IMG/VR virus record: IMGVR_UViG_3300047560_002167
Location: 1-55,266 of that record
DNA: 55,266 nucleotides
Origin: a virus
Taxonomy: Duplodnaviria > Caudoviricetes
Direction: 5' to 3' (one strand)
The first letter of the stretch is position 1. Each line of letters opens with the position of its first letter. The translations under genes were made by a program, and so were the position numbers. Positions 1 through 10,200 of this stretch are shown one piece after another. The notes under the pieces were generated by a model. The model did not search any database. It saw only the letters and a list, made by a program, of their open reading frames with translations, and was not told the origin of the DNA.

Positions 1-1185
1 TTAGGCAACTTAGTAACTGCAAACTACTTTAGTGGTTCAGGTAACTTATTAAGTAACTTACAAGCCGGTAGCATTTCTGGAACTGTAGCCAACGCTAACT
101 ACTCAACATATGCAGGCACTGTAATAACTGCGGCACAACCTAACATTACAAGTACTGGCACATTAACTAGCTTGGCGGTAAGTGGATTAATTACTGCAAC
201 TGGCACTGGTATTAAAGCTGCGAATATTCAAGATAGCGCAGGTACTGTAACTATTGTTACACGATATGGCAGTGTGTCAGGTGATGTCGGCATCTATGGT
301 AATTTAAATGTCGGTACGAGTGGTACTGGTAATTTAATCTCAGTCAATGCTAATTTGGGTAACTTAGCTACCGCTAATTATTTCTCAGGTGATGGTGGCT
401 TATTAAGTAACATAGTTGCAGCTAACATTTCTGGTACTGTATCAACTGCAGGCACGGTAACAACTAATGCTCAACCGAATATCACATCAGTAGGTTCACT
501 AACCGGATTAACCGTAAGTAATTCTACTGGCGTAGTAAACTTCGCAACTACTGCTAACGTAACTTTAGGCTCAGTATCTAACTTACACATTTCAGGTGGT
601 TCAAGTGGTTATGTATTGAGTACAAACGGTTCTGGTTCATTGAGTTGGGTTGCCCAATCCGGTGGCGCACCAGGTGGTTCAGATACATACGTTCAGTTTA
701 ATGATGGTAGTTCGTTTGGCGGCAATGCAGGGTTAACGTTTGATAAGACGACTACTACACTAACTGCAAATAACATCGTAGCAACTTCATCTGCTAATTT
801 GGGTTCAGTAAGTAATGTAACTATCACAGGTGGTTCAGCCGATTATGTTTTGAAAACTGACGGAGCAGGTAATCTAAGTTGGACAGCACAAACCAGCGCC
901 GGGGGCGGCACTATAGGGGTTACTGTTGATAATTTCACCGGAGACGGCTCAGAAACTGATTTTGTACTAAGCGTCACTCCAACAAACATTAATCACACGG
1001 TTGTTAACTATAATGGTGCTACTCTGTTACGTGATGCATATTCATTAGCAGGGTCAACCCTAACATTTGACAGTGCCCCTGCAGATGGATCATATATAGA
1101 AGTAACAACAACCGAATTGCAAGATTCTTCAACTTTTGCAACTACTGGAAAAGCTATTGCAATGGCAATAGTATTTGGATTTTAA
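1..1185 (+). CDS. Tail-fibre-like structural protein, 5'-truncated by the window edge
   Basis: Frame 1 is open from base 1 (LGNLVTANYFSGSG...), so the ORF-track TTG start at 172 is not the real start. It has AQPNITS repeats and YVLxTxGxGxLSW modules. It ends with FTGDGSETDFVL...LTFDSAPADG and a GKAIAMAIVFGF tail, typical of phage fibre proteins. Confidence 0.8.
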   Translation, partial: LGNLVTANYFSGSGNLLSNLQAGSISGTVANANYSTYAGTVITAAQPNITSTGTLTSLAVSGLITATGTGIKAANIQDSAGTVTIVTRYGSVSGDVGIYGNLNVGTSGTGNLISVNANLGNLATANYFSGDGGLLSNIVAANISGTVSTAGTVTTNAQPNITSVGSLTGLTVSNSTGVVNFATTANVTLGSVSNLHISGGSSGYVLSTNGSGSLSWVAQSGGAPGGSDTYVQFNDGSSFGGNAGLTFDKTTTTLTANNIVATSSANLGSVSNVTITGGSADYVLKTDGAGNLSWTAQTSAGGGTIGVTVDNFTGDGSETDFVLSVTPTNINHTVVNYNGATLLRDAYSLAGSTLTFDSAPADGSYIEVTTTELQDSSTFATTGKAIAMAIVFGF

Positions 1186-1194
1186 GGAAAGAAT

Positions 1195-1554
1195 ATGTCA
1201 GCACCAAACATCGTACAAGTTTCTAACATTATAGGTAATACCGGAGTACAAGCAGTGACTACAAGTGCAACTGCTATTACTACTAACTCAGGCGGCAGCG
1301 GTAAAGTATACAAGATAAATTGTTTAATGGTATCAAACGTAGATGCAACTAACGCTGCTACATTGACTGTAGACTTATACAGAAGTGGCACCGCGTATAC
1401 GATTATCAATCAATTGCCAATTAGTATCAACACGGGTTATACTCCAATTGACAAAACATTAAGTTTGTATTTGTTAGAGGGTGATACATTAAGACTAACA
1501 GCGAATGCAAACAGCAGATTACAGGCGGTGTGCAGCTGGGAGGAGATTAGCTAA
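1195..1554 (+). CDS. Small conserved phage structural/fibre-associated protein (119 aa)
   Basis: AAGGA SD at 1184-1188. The sequence MSAPNIVQV...LYLLEGDTLRL...CSWEEIS matches a small beta-rich protein type that commonly follows GKAIAMAIVFG-ending fibre genes. Its stop overlaps the next start (TAATG). Confidence 0.75.
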   Translation: MSAPNIVQVSNIIGNTGVQAVTTSATAITTNSGGSGKVYKINCLMVSNVDATNAATLTVDLYRSGTAYTIINQLPISINTGYTPIDKTLSLYLLEGDTLRLTANANSRLQAVCSWEEIS

Positions 1555-4500
1555 TGTTTAACGGTGGTATCAGAGGTAAAAGAGCAAACGACAATCAGGG
1601 TACAATAAGCCCGCAAAGTAAGTTTGTTCAATCAAAAAATCCACAACCGTATATTTCCGGATATGCGGTTAGTGGAAGTGATGATACCGCATTAGATCCT
1701 GCAGGGGGGCAAACAGTACTAGTTAATGGTACTGGATTCGCAACAGGTGTTTCTGCTACATTAGCCGGAACACAAATAGGATCAGTAACATTAGTAAGCC
1801 CTACACAAATTAGTTTTACTAGTCCTGCAAAAGCGGGAGGAAGTTATTCATTAGTTGTTTATAATACTACAGGCGGCGCAGCTATATTAGTTCCGGGTTT
1901 AACATATTCTAGTATTCCAACATTTACAACATCAGCCGGAAGCATTGGTAGTTATTATGAAACTACTGCAATTAGTACTAGCGTGACTGCTACAAGCGAC
2001 AGTGCAATTACATATAGTTTGAGTAGTGGTAGTTTACCTAGCGGAGCAACATTAAACAGTGACGGTACTATTACTGGAACTAGTCCAGTAGATAGCTCAA
2101 GCACCACGTATACATTTGATATTAAAGCAACTGACGCTGAATTACAAGACGTAACTAGAACATTTACGTTAACAATTAATACTGATGTTGTCAGTTGGGT
2201 AAGTCCTGCAGACAATACAACTTACTCATTGGTTGGCAATCAAGCAATGGCTAACGTAACTTTAAATGCAACTAGTGCTGCAGGATACAATGTAAGTTAT
2301 ACTGCCAATGCATTACCAACAGGAGTAACATTAAGTGGTAATACTATAAGTGGAACTCCAACTGTTGCAGCAGCCACTAGTACTCTATTAACAGCTACAT
2401 CCGCAACTACTAGTCGCAGTGCCACTAGAACAGTAAGTTGGACAGTATCTTTAGGAGATACATATTGGAAAAACGTATCACTACTACTAAGTGGCACTAC
2501 GCCTACAACTTCTTTCATCAATGACGCAAGTTTGAACAATAGTCAGATAACTATTGCAGGTGATACTAAGCCAAATAAACTTAATCCTTATCAAGGTAAT
2601 GGTTATTACGGTGTCAGTCATTCAGCAACGCCTGATTATCTAAGCGTCCCTCACAATAGCAATTTTAGTTTAACTAGTGGGCAAACAGATACTTTTATAA
2701 TTGAAGGTTGGTTTTACTTTAATGTAGTGACTGCACAAACGAGTTTATTTGATAAGTCCGGTGTCAACGGTGTGTCATTTGCCAATTGGACTGTGTACTT
2801 AAACGCATCAAGTCAAATTCAATTGCAATGGGGTGTGTCAGGTTCACCGGGTACATCTACTGTTGGTTTAATAGGATCTACTTTCGTACCTGTTGCCGGA
2901 ACTTGGTACCATATTGCATTCGTCAAATCTAACGCAGATTGGGCTGTGTTTGCTAACGGTACACGCATCATATCATATAACGGTTTGAACACTGCAGGTG
3001 ATGCGAACCCGTCTACATTAAAAATTGGATTTGGCATTCAAAGTAGTGCAAACTCAGCGTATTTCAATGGATATATTTCTAACGTTCGTGCTTGGAGAGG
3101 CACCAGTGGTGCACCTTATTCTGCAACATCAACTACATTAACTGTACCCACTAGTCCATTAACAGCAATCGCTGGTACTACGTTATTAACACATCAGAGT
3201 TCGAGGTTTGTTGATGTGTCAAGTGGTGCCGCAACGGTAACAGCAACGGGTGCAAACATTAAAGTTTCACCAGCAATACCATTCGCAGCCAACAGTACAT
3301 ACGCTACTTACGGTAGTGCTTACTTTGACAACAACGGTGACTATTTGAGTACACCTAGTAATGCAGCATTCACGTTTGGTACTGGAAACTTTACAGTAGA
3401 AGCATGGGTATATATAACAGCATACAATGGTTCAACATATGAGCCGGTATTTGCAAACTCATATTTGTTCTATATTGGCGGCACTGGTAAAGTATTGATG
3501 TATAACGGCACAGCGGACGTAGTTGCTGGCACCGCAGGTGATGTTCCAATTGGATCATGGAATCATGTAGCATGGGTAAGAAATGGAACAACTGTAACTA
3601 TCTATGTGAACGGTGTAGCGAAAGCAACAGGAACGGTAAGTGCGTCAATTGCAACTGCAAGCCCTAACCTAATAGGTAATTATTCAACTAACTATTTTCC
3701 TGGTTACATTGCAGATGTGCGAGTGAATAATACAACTGCTCTATACACAACAACCTTTACACCACCAACTGCACCACTAACAGCAGTAGCAAATACAAGT
3801 TTATTAACCTTACAATACAACGGTGGTGCAACTAATAACGGCTTTGTGGATCAAAGTAGTTTCAACAACATCATTACTAGAAATGGTAACACTACTCAGG
3901 GTACGTTTAGTCCATACAGTCAGACTGGTTGGAGCACTTATTTTGGCACTACTGCTATGGGATTTCAAACTCCGGCAAGCTCATTGACTAGTATTATTGG
4001 AACAAGTACATTATCATCTACTTCTACTTTTACAATTGAGGCATGGATTAATCCATTATCTAGGCACAGCGGTGGCGGCGCCGCGTTAGGTTATGTTGCA
4101 GGTTCAATGAATATTACTGGCCCTCAAGCGGATTGGGGATTTGGGCCAGACAGTACAGGTAAGTTAACAGTTTGGTGGTGGAACGGCAGTAGCATTGTCC
4201 AAGCAACTAGTACCAATGCAGTTCCATTACACAATTGGACTCATATCGCAACAACAATAACATCCGGTGCAATCAAAATATTCATTAATGGTAATCTAGA
4301 GACACTCACCGGCACTACTACAGTAACAACGGTATCCGCATCTCAGTCTACGTTTACGGTAGGTGGATACACATACGCAAGTACGACTTGGCAGGGCTTT
4401 AATGGGTATATCAGTAATCTACGAGTAGTCAAGTCCGCATTGTACTCTGCTACTTTTACACCGAGTACAACACTGTTGACATCGATTGCAAACACCAGTT

Positions 4501-7175
4501 TGTTGACATTCCAAAATAACAGAGTTGTTGATAATTCTTTTAATGGATACACATTAACCCCAGTAAACACACCGTCTGTCCAAGCCTACAGTCCATTCGG
4601 CGGTGTAACAAGTGTACCGACAAGCTATAGTAATTACTTTGATGGTACTGGGGATTATTTGAGTATGAGTAACGGTACTCCTGTAAACTTTGGGACGAAT
4701 AATTTTACAATTGAAGGTTGGTTCTATACGACTTCATTGGGGGCTGTACAAACACCATTCGCTATTAACTTATCAGGCTCAGGTTCGAGCACTTGTATAT
4801 TCACAAACATAACAACCGGTGGAGTATTTACCGCTAAGGGTTATAGTGGAGGCACTGTCTACACTACAACAGCTCCATCTACCCTTGCAGTGAATACATG
4901 GTACCATTTTGCTATAGTTAGAAATGGTACATCGTTGGATTTGTATGTCAATGGAACTAAAGGAACTTCAGATACCCCTGGATCCAATTCATTAAACGGT
5001 GGTTCAACTTATGTCACAATGATTGGTGCAGGTTACACTTCTGGTACTACTGTTGGACAATTCTTTACCGGGTATATTTCTAATATTAGAATTATTAACG
5101 GGACTGCACTCTATACCACAACATTCACTCCTAGTACAACACCACTAACTACAACAAGTCAAGGTGCAACTGCATCACAGGTATCATTATTAACTTGTCA
5201 ATCGTCAACTATGGTTGATAATAGTACAAACTATGTTGCAATAACCGCTAACGGTGACACAAAACCATATACATTCAATCCGTTTGGCATGACCAATACA
5301 ACACAAGTTGCATATTCACCAAGCGTGAATGGTGGTTCAATGTACTTCGATGGTACTGGTGACTACCTAACTGCACCATATAATCCTGCATATGAGTTGG
5401 CTACTGGAAACTTTACGATTGAATTTTGGATGTACAAGACAACTACCGGTGACCAGTATATTGTACACAATAGACCAACAAGTTCAGCAACTGGTTTTGC
5501 TGTAATGACATATTCAGACACGATTCGTTTCTACTTCACCGGCGGCACAAGCGTTAACACTACTGCTACGATTACATTAAATCAATGGTATCATATTGCA
5601 TTAGTGAATACAGATGGCACCATGAAGATATACTTTAATGGCGAACAAAAATTTAGCGGATCAGTTGGAACAGGTTCTACTACATCACCTACTAACTTGT
5701 TCATTGGATGCGATAACGGTCCTTCATTCAGTAGTTTCTTCAATGGTTATTTAAGTGACCTTAAAATCACGAAGGCAGCTTTATACTCAGCATCTTTTGT
5801 ACCAGGTGTCGCACCGGCAACGCCTACAACAACAATCGGAACTTCTGTATACAGTTCTTCAATTTTATTGAACGGAACGATTGGTGGCATCATTGACTAT
5901 CACGTAACTAACAACTTAGAAACAGTTGGTAATACTCAACTAGCAAGTGAAGATCCATATAGCGGAAGTTATTATAGTAATTACTTTAATGGTAGCACTG
6001 ATTGTTTGAGTATACCTGCAAGCAGCGCATTCAGCATAGCAACAAATACAACACCGTTTACAATTGAATGCTGGGTTAATTTAGCTTCATCAACCGTACA
6101 GCAATATATCTTTAGTGAAACATATAGTACTGATGCAGTTAATTTGGCTGCAGTATTTAATAATGGGTCTTCTAGCACACCGGACAACGTTGGATTATAC
6201 CCAGTGCTAGGATATTATACCGGCTCAGCCTGGGCAGTTTCGGCGGTTTCATCAACTGCTATCACTCTCGGTGCATGGTATCATATTGCTTATGTATTCA
6301 CTGGTTCTACTACTAAAATCTTTATCAACGGTGTTGACACAACAGCAGCCGGTGCTGCAACAACTTGGGGCGGAACATTAAATAGTAATGGCGTAGCATG
6401 GAACATAGGTAGACGTTGGGATACTAGCGGAGGCTCGGGCAGTTATACTAACGGGTCAATTAGTAACTTTAGATTTGTCAAAGGTACTGCGGTCTACACA
6501 TCGAACTTTACACCAAGTACTATACCTTTAACATCAATAACAAATACAATGTTGTTAACCTGCCAATCAAACAAGTTTGTTGATAATAGTACAAACGCAA
6601 TAACACTAACACCCGTAGGAACACCAAAGGTTAAATCAATGAACCCATTCCAGCAAAACACCGGAAAGAGTTTGTACTTTGATGGTACTGGAGATTGGTT
6701 ATCTATTCCCACAAACCCTAATATGATGTTAAACACCGGAGACTTCACAATTGAGGGCTGGATATATAAAAACGCAACATCTACTACGATGTGTCTAGTA
6801 GATTTAAGAAATGCGGCTAGTTCTAATATAGGCATTTCAGTATTAGTACAAAATACAGGACTAATGCGTTATGTATACGGAGCCACTGGGGCATCGGTGT
6901 TAGCAAGTACAACCGTCATCCCCGAATTCCAATGGGTTCACATTGCAGTGACTAGGTCAAGTAATACTGTTAAACTTTTTATAAACGGGGTCCAAGAAGC
7001 TACAACCGTAAATGATACTACAAATTATAATGTAAACGCCCCGTGCCTGGTAGGAAGTAACATTGGTAACACATCATTGATGAATGGCTACATCAAAGAC
7101 CTAAGAATTACTAAGGGAGTAGCACGATACACTGCAACGTTTACTCCACCTACAAGTCCGTACGAAACAAAGTAA
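1554..7175 (+). CDS. Large adhesin/receptor-binding protein: IPT/TIG domain, two putative Ig (He_PIG-like) domains and seven LamG/ConA-like lectin domains (1873 aa)
   Basis: GGQTVLVNGTGF...SPTQISFTSPA is IPT/TIG-like. GSLPSGATLNSDGTITGT and ALPTGVTLSGNTISGTPT are He_PIG-like. There are seven copies of F(T/I)(I/V)ExW...WxHxA...GxIxxxR/K, beginning near 2600, 3310, 3925, 4625, 5330, 5970 and 6665. Confidence 0.85.
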   Translation: MFNGGIRGKRANDNQGTISPQSKFVQSKNPQPYISGYAVSGSDDTALDPAGGQTVLVNGTGFATGVSATLAGTQIGSVTLVSPTQISFTSPAKAGGSYSLVVYNTTGGAAILVPGLTYSSIPTFTTSAGSIGSYYETTAISTSVTATSDSAITYSLSSGSLPSGATLNSDGTITGTSPVDSSSTTYTFDIKATDAELQDVTRTFTLTINTDVVSWVSPADNTTYSLVGNQAMANVTLNATSAAGYNVSYTANALPTGVTLSGNTISGTPTVAAATSTLLTATSATTSRSATRTVSWTVSLGDTYWKNVSLLLSGTTPTTSFINDASLNNSQITIAGDTKPNKLNPYQGNGYYGVSHSATPDYLSVPHNSNFSLTSGQTDTFIIEGWFYFNVVTAQTSLFDKSGVNGVSFANWTVYLNASSQIQLQWGVSGSPGTSTVGLIGSTFVPVAGTWYHIAFVKSNADWAVFANGTRIISYNGLNTAGDANPSTLKIGFGIQSSANSAYFNGYISNVRAWRGTSGAPYSATSTTLTVPTSPLTAIAGTTLLTHQSSRFVDVSSGAATVTATGANIKVSPAIPFAANSTYATYGSAYFDNNGDYLSTPSNAAFTFGTGNFTVEAWVYITAYNGSTYEPVFANSYLFYIGGTGKVLMYNGTADVVAGTAGDVPIGSWNHVAWVRNGTTVTIYVNGVAKATGTVSASIATASPNLIGNYSTNYFPGYIADVRVNNTTALYTTTFTPPTAPLTAVANTSLLTLQYNGGATNNGFVDQSSFNNIITRNGNTTQGTFSPYSQTGWSTYFGTTAMGFQTPASSLTSIIGTSTLSSTSTFTIEAWINPLSRHSGGGAALGYVAGSMNITGPQADWGFGPDSTGKLTVWWWNGSSIVQATSTNAVPLHNWTHIATTITSGAIKIFINGNLETLTGTTTVTTVSASQSTFTVGGYTYASTTWQGFNGYISNLRVVKSALYSATFTPSTTLLTSIANTSLLTFQNNRVVDNSFNGYTLTPVNTPSVQAYSPFGGVTSVPTSYSNYFDGTGDYLSMSNGTPVNFGTNNFTIEGWFYTTSLGAVQTPFAINLSGSGSSTCIFTNITTGGVFTAKGYSGGTVYTTTAPSTLAVNTWYHFAIVRNGTSLDLYVNGTKGTSDTPGSNSLNGGSTYVTMIGAGYTSGTTVGQFFTGYISNIRIINGTALYTTTFTPSTTPLTTTSQGATASQVSLLTCQSSTMVDNSTNYVAITANGDTKPYTFNPFGMTNTTQVAYSPSVNGGSMYFDGTGDYLTAPYNPAYELATGNFTIEFWMYKTTTGDQYIVHNRPTSSATGFAVMTYSDTIRFYFTGGTSVNTTATITLNQWYHIALVNTDGTMKIYFNGEQKFSGSVGTGSTTSPTNLFIGCDNGPSFSSFFNGYLSDLKITKAALYSASFVPGVAPATPTTTIGTSVYSSSILLNGTIGGIIDYHVTNNLETVGNTQLASEDPYSGSYYSNYFNGSTDCLSIPASSAFSIATNTTPFTIECWVNLASSTVQQYIFSETYSTDAVNLAAVFNNGSSSTPDNVGLYPVLGYYTGSAWAVSAVSSTAITLGAWYHIAYVFTGSTTKIFINGVDTTAAGAATTWGGTLNSNGVAWNIGRRWDTSGGSGSYTNGSISNFRFVKGTAVYTSNFTPSTIPLTSITNTMLLTCQSNKFVDNSTNAITLTPVGTPKVKSMNPFQQNTGKSLYFDGTGDWLSIPTNPNMMLNTGDFTIEGWIYKNATSTTMCLVDLRNAASSNIGISVLVQNTGLMRYVYGATGASVLASTTVIPEFQWVHIAVTRSSNTVKLFINGVQEATTVNDTTNYNVNAPCLVGSNIGNTSLMNGYIKDLRITKGVARYTATFTPPTSPYETK

Positions 7176-7187
7176 AAATAAAAAGAA

Positions 7188-7194
7188 CTAAATA
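7188..7194 (+). promoter_or_regulatory. Putative T4-like late promoter core (CTAAATA)
   Basis: Lies in the 25-bp intergenic gap, 6 nt before the ATG at 7201. It resembles the T4 late consensus TATAAATA, and related words occur in three other intergenic gaps. Confidence 0.45.
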
Positions 7195-7200
7195 TAAGAT

Positions 7201-10200
7201 ATGGCTATCACATTATTACAACCGTTTAATTTCGACTCATCCAAAGACTATACCTTTGCTAATGTGACTGCCACGGCAAATATCATTGCAAGTAACGCAA
7301 ATCTTGGAAATGCAGCTACAGCTAACTATTTTATTGGTAACGGTGCATATTTAACTGGATTGCCCGCAAGCTACGCAAACTCAAATGTAGCGGCATATTT
7401 ACCCACATTTACAGGTGAGTTGAAAGCAGGTAATGCAAATCTCGGAAATGCAGCTACAGCTAACTATTTTATTGGCAATGGGGTTTACATCAGTAATATC
7501 GCTGGTGCAAACGTATCCGGCACAGTAGCCAATGCAACATATGCAACTAGTGCAGGTTCTACTGGTTCAGCGACAACTGCAGGCACTGTAACAACTGCGG
7601 CTCAACCAAATATTACATCAGTCGGGTCATTGACCGGATTAACGGTTAGTAACAGTACTGGAATTGTCGATTTCACTACTACTGCTAATGTAACATTAGG
7701 TGCAATTGCTAACTTGCATATCTCGGGTGGTACTTCAGGGTATGTATTACAGACAGATGGTACTGGCAACTTAAGCTGGACTGCACAAACCGGTGGCGGG
7801 GGTGGCTCTGGCACACCCGGCGGCGCAAATACTCAATTGCAGTTTAATGACGCCGGCAGTTTTGGCGGAAGTGCTGCGCTCACGTTTAATAAAACAACCA
7901 ACGCATTATCATTGTCAGGTAACCTAACAGTTACTAATGCTAACATTACATCTAATATTTCAGTAGGTTCTGGATCAGGTGGTAACATTACTGGTGCAAA
8001 TATAATTACTGCAAATTACTTTGTAGGTGCCGGTAATGCATTAAGTAACATCACTGCTGCAAACATAACTGGCACCGTGGCCAACGCAAACTATTCAGCA
8101 TATGCGGGCGTAGTAACAACAGCAGCGCAACCAAATATTACAAGTGTTGGTACACTGACCAACACTACATTGGGTTCAAGTAACTCATTAACCGGTGGTA
8201 ACTTAGTAAGTGCAACGTACTTAACCGGTACTTTGACTACAGCAGCCCAACCTAACATTACGAGTGTTGGTACACTAACTAACACAACATTAGGTGGTGC
8301 TAACTCATTAACCGGTGGTAACTTAGTATCTGCTAACTATATTACTGGTACACTAACAACAGCCGCACAGCCAAATATTACAAGTGTTGGTACATTAAGT
8401 TCACTAACAATTACTGCCAACATTACTAGCGGAAACGCTAACTTGGGTAACTTGGCTACTGCAAACTATTTCACAGGTAACGGCGCATTATTAACGGCAG
8501 TAACAGGTGCAAACATCACAGGTACAGTAGCCAATGCAAACTATGCTACATATGCCGGCACTGTATTAACAGCCGCACAACCAAATATTACAAGTGTCGG
8601 TACATTAAGTTCATTAAGTGTTACTGGAAATCTTACATCAGGTAATGCGTCATTAGGAAACGTTGCGTCAGCAAACATAATGAATTTGGGTACAGGAGCT
8701 AGACCCGCAAACGTTCAAACAAACAGTGCCTTATTTGTAGTTAGTAATACTGCTGCCGCTAGCCCTCCAATATCAATTCAAAATAGGTTTGCAACTGGAT
8801 ATTCTTCTATAGACGTTTTTAATTCTAGTAACGTTTTCATGGGCGCAATGGGCGCCGCAAACCCTAGCGCAACGTCAGTTCCGGCTCTCGGTAATGCAAT
8901 GTATATGTATTCTGAGTCTGCGGGTGGTGTTGGATTATTTGCAAATAGTGCGAATGTTTCATTTTCTGCGAACGGAAACGCAAACATATTAGTGGTTACT
9001 GGCACCGGTGCAAATGTATCCGGCACACTAAATGCTACTGGTAATATTATTGGAGCTAATGCTAATTTAGGTAACATAGTAATTGCAAATTACCACAGTG
9101 GTAACGGTAGCCTACTAACAGGAATAACTGGCGCCAATGTAACAGGTACAGTTGCCAATGCAACATATGCAACTAGTGCCGGATCAGCAACTACAGCCGG
9201 TACATTAACAACAGCAGCCCAACCAAATATTACGTCAGTCGGTACATTAAGTTCACTTGCAGTAACAGCAAATGCTAACGTAGGTAACTTGTACAGCAGT
9301 GGACAAGTAAATGGGGTTGATGCAATATTTACTGGTAATCTAACAGTTCAAGGTAACACTACATATGTTAACGTTGACACATTTAGAGTAGAAGATCCTG
9401 TAATTGAGTTAGGCGGCGGCCCTAATGGAGCATCTTTATCTACTAATGACGGTAAAGACCGCGGAACATTATTGCATTACTACACTACTGCACCGGTAGA
9501 TGCGTTTATGGGTTGGGACAACTCAAACGCTGAGTTTGGTTTTGGTAGTAATGTATCATTATCAGGTGATGTAGTAACTTGGAATACTTACGGTAATGTT
9601 CGTGCAAGCTACTTTTTGGGTAATGGTAGTCAATTAACAGGTACTATTGCCAACGCTAACTACTCAGTATATTCAGGTATTGCATATAGTGTTTCTGGAG
9701 CAAACGTATCTGGAACAGTGGCTAATGCAACATATGCTGATTCAGCTGGATCAGCAACATCTGCTACATCTGCGACAACAGCGGGTACAGTAACTACCGC
9801 GGCACAGCCAAATATCACTTCAGTTGGTACGTTAACTGGATTTGCTAGTAACGGTACAGTTAACTTTGCTAATGCTACTAACGTAACGTTGGGCAGCACT
9901 AGTACGCTTCATATCAGTGGCGGTACGTCTGGGTATGTTCTACAAACTGACGGCGCCGGCAACTTAAGCTGGACTGCACAAACAGGTGGCGGTGGTGGTG
10001 GCTCTGTAGGTGGCGCTAACACCGAAGTTCAATACAATGATTCAGGCTCTTTTGCTGGAAGCGCAGCCTTCACATTCAATAATGCATCAAACACATTAAC
10101 ATCTGCTAATATTGTCGCAACTGCAAATCTAACAGCAGCTAATGCTAATTTGGGCAATGCTGTAACAGCTAACTATTTTATAGGTACGTTCTATGGTACA

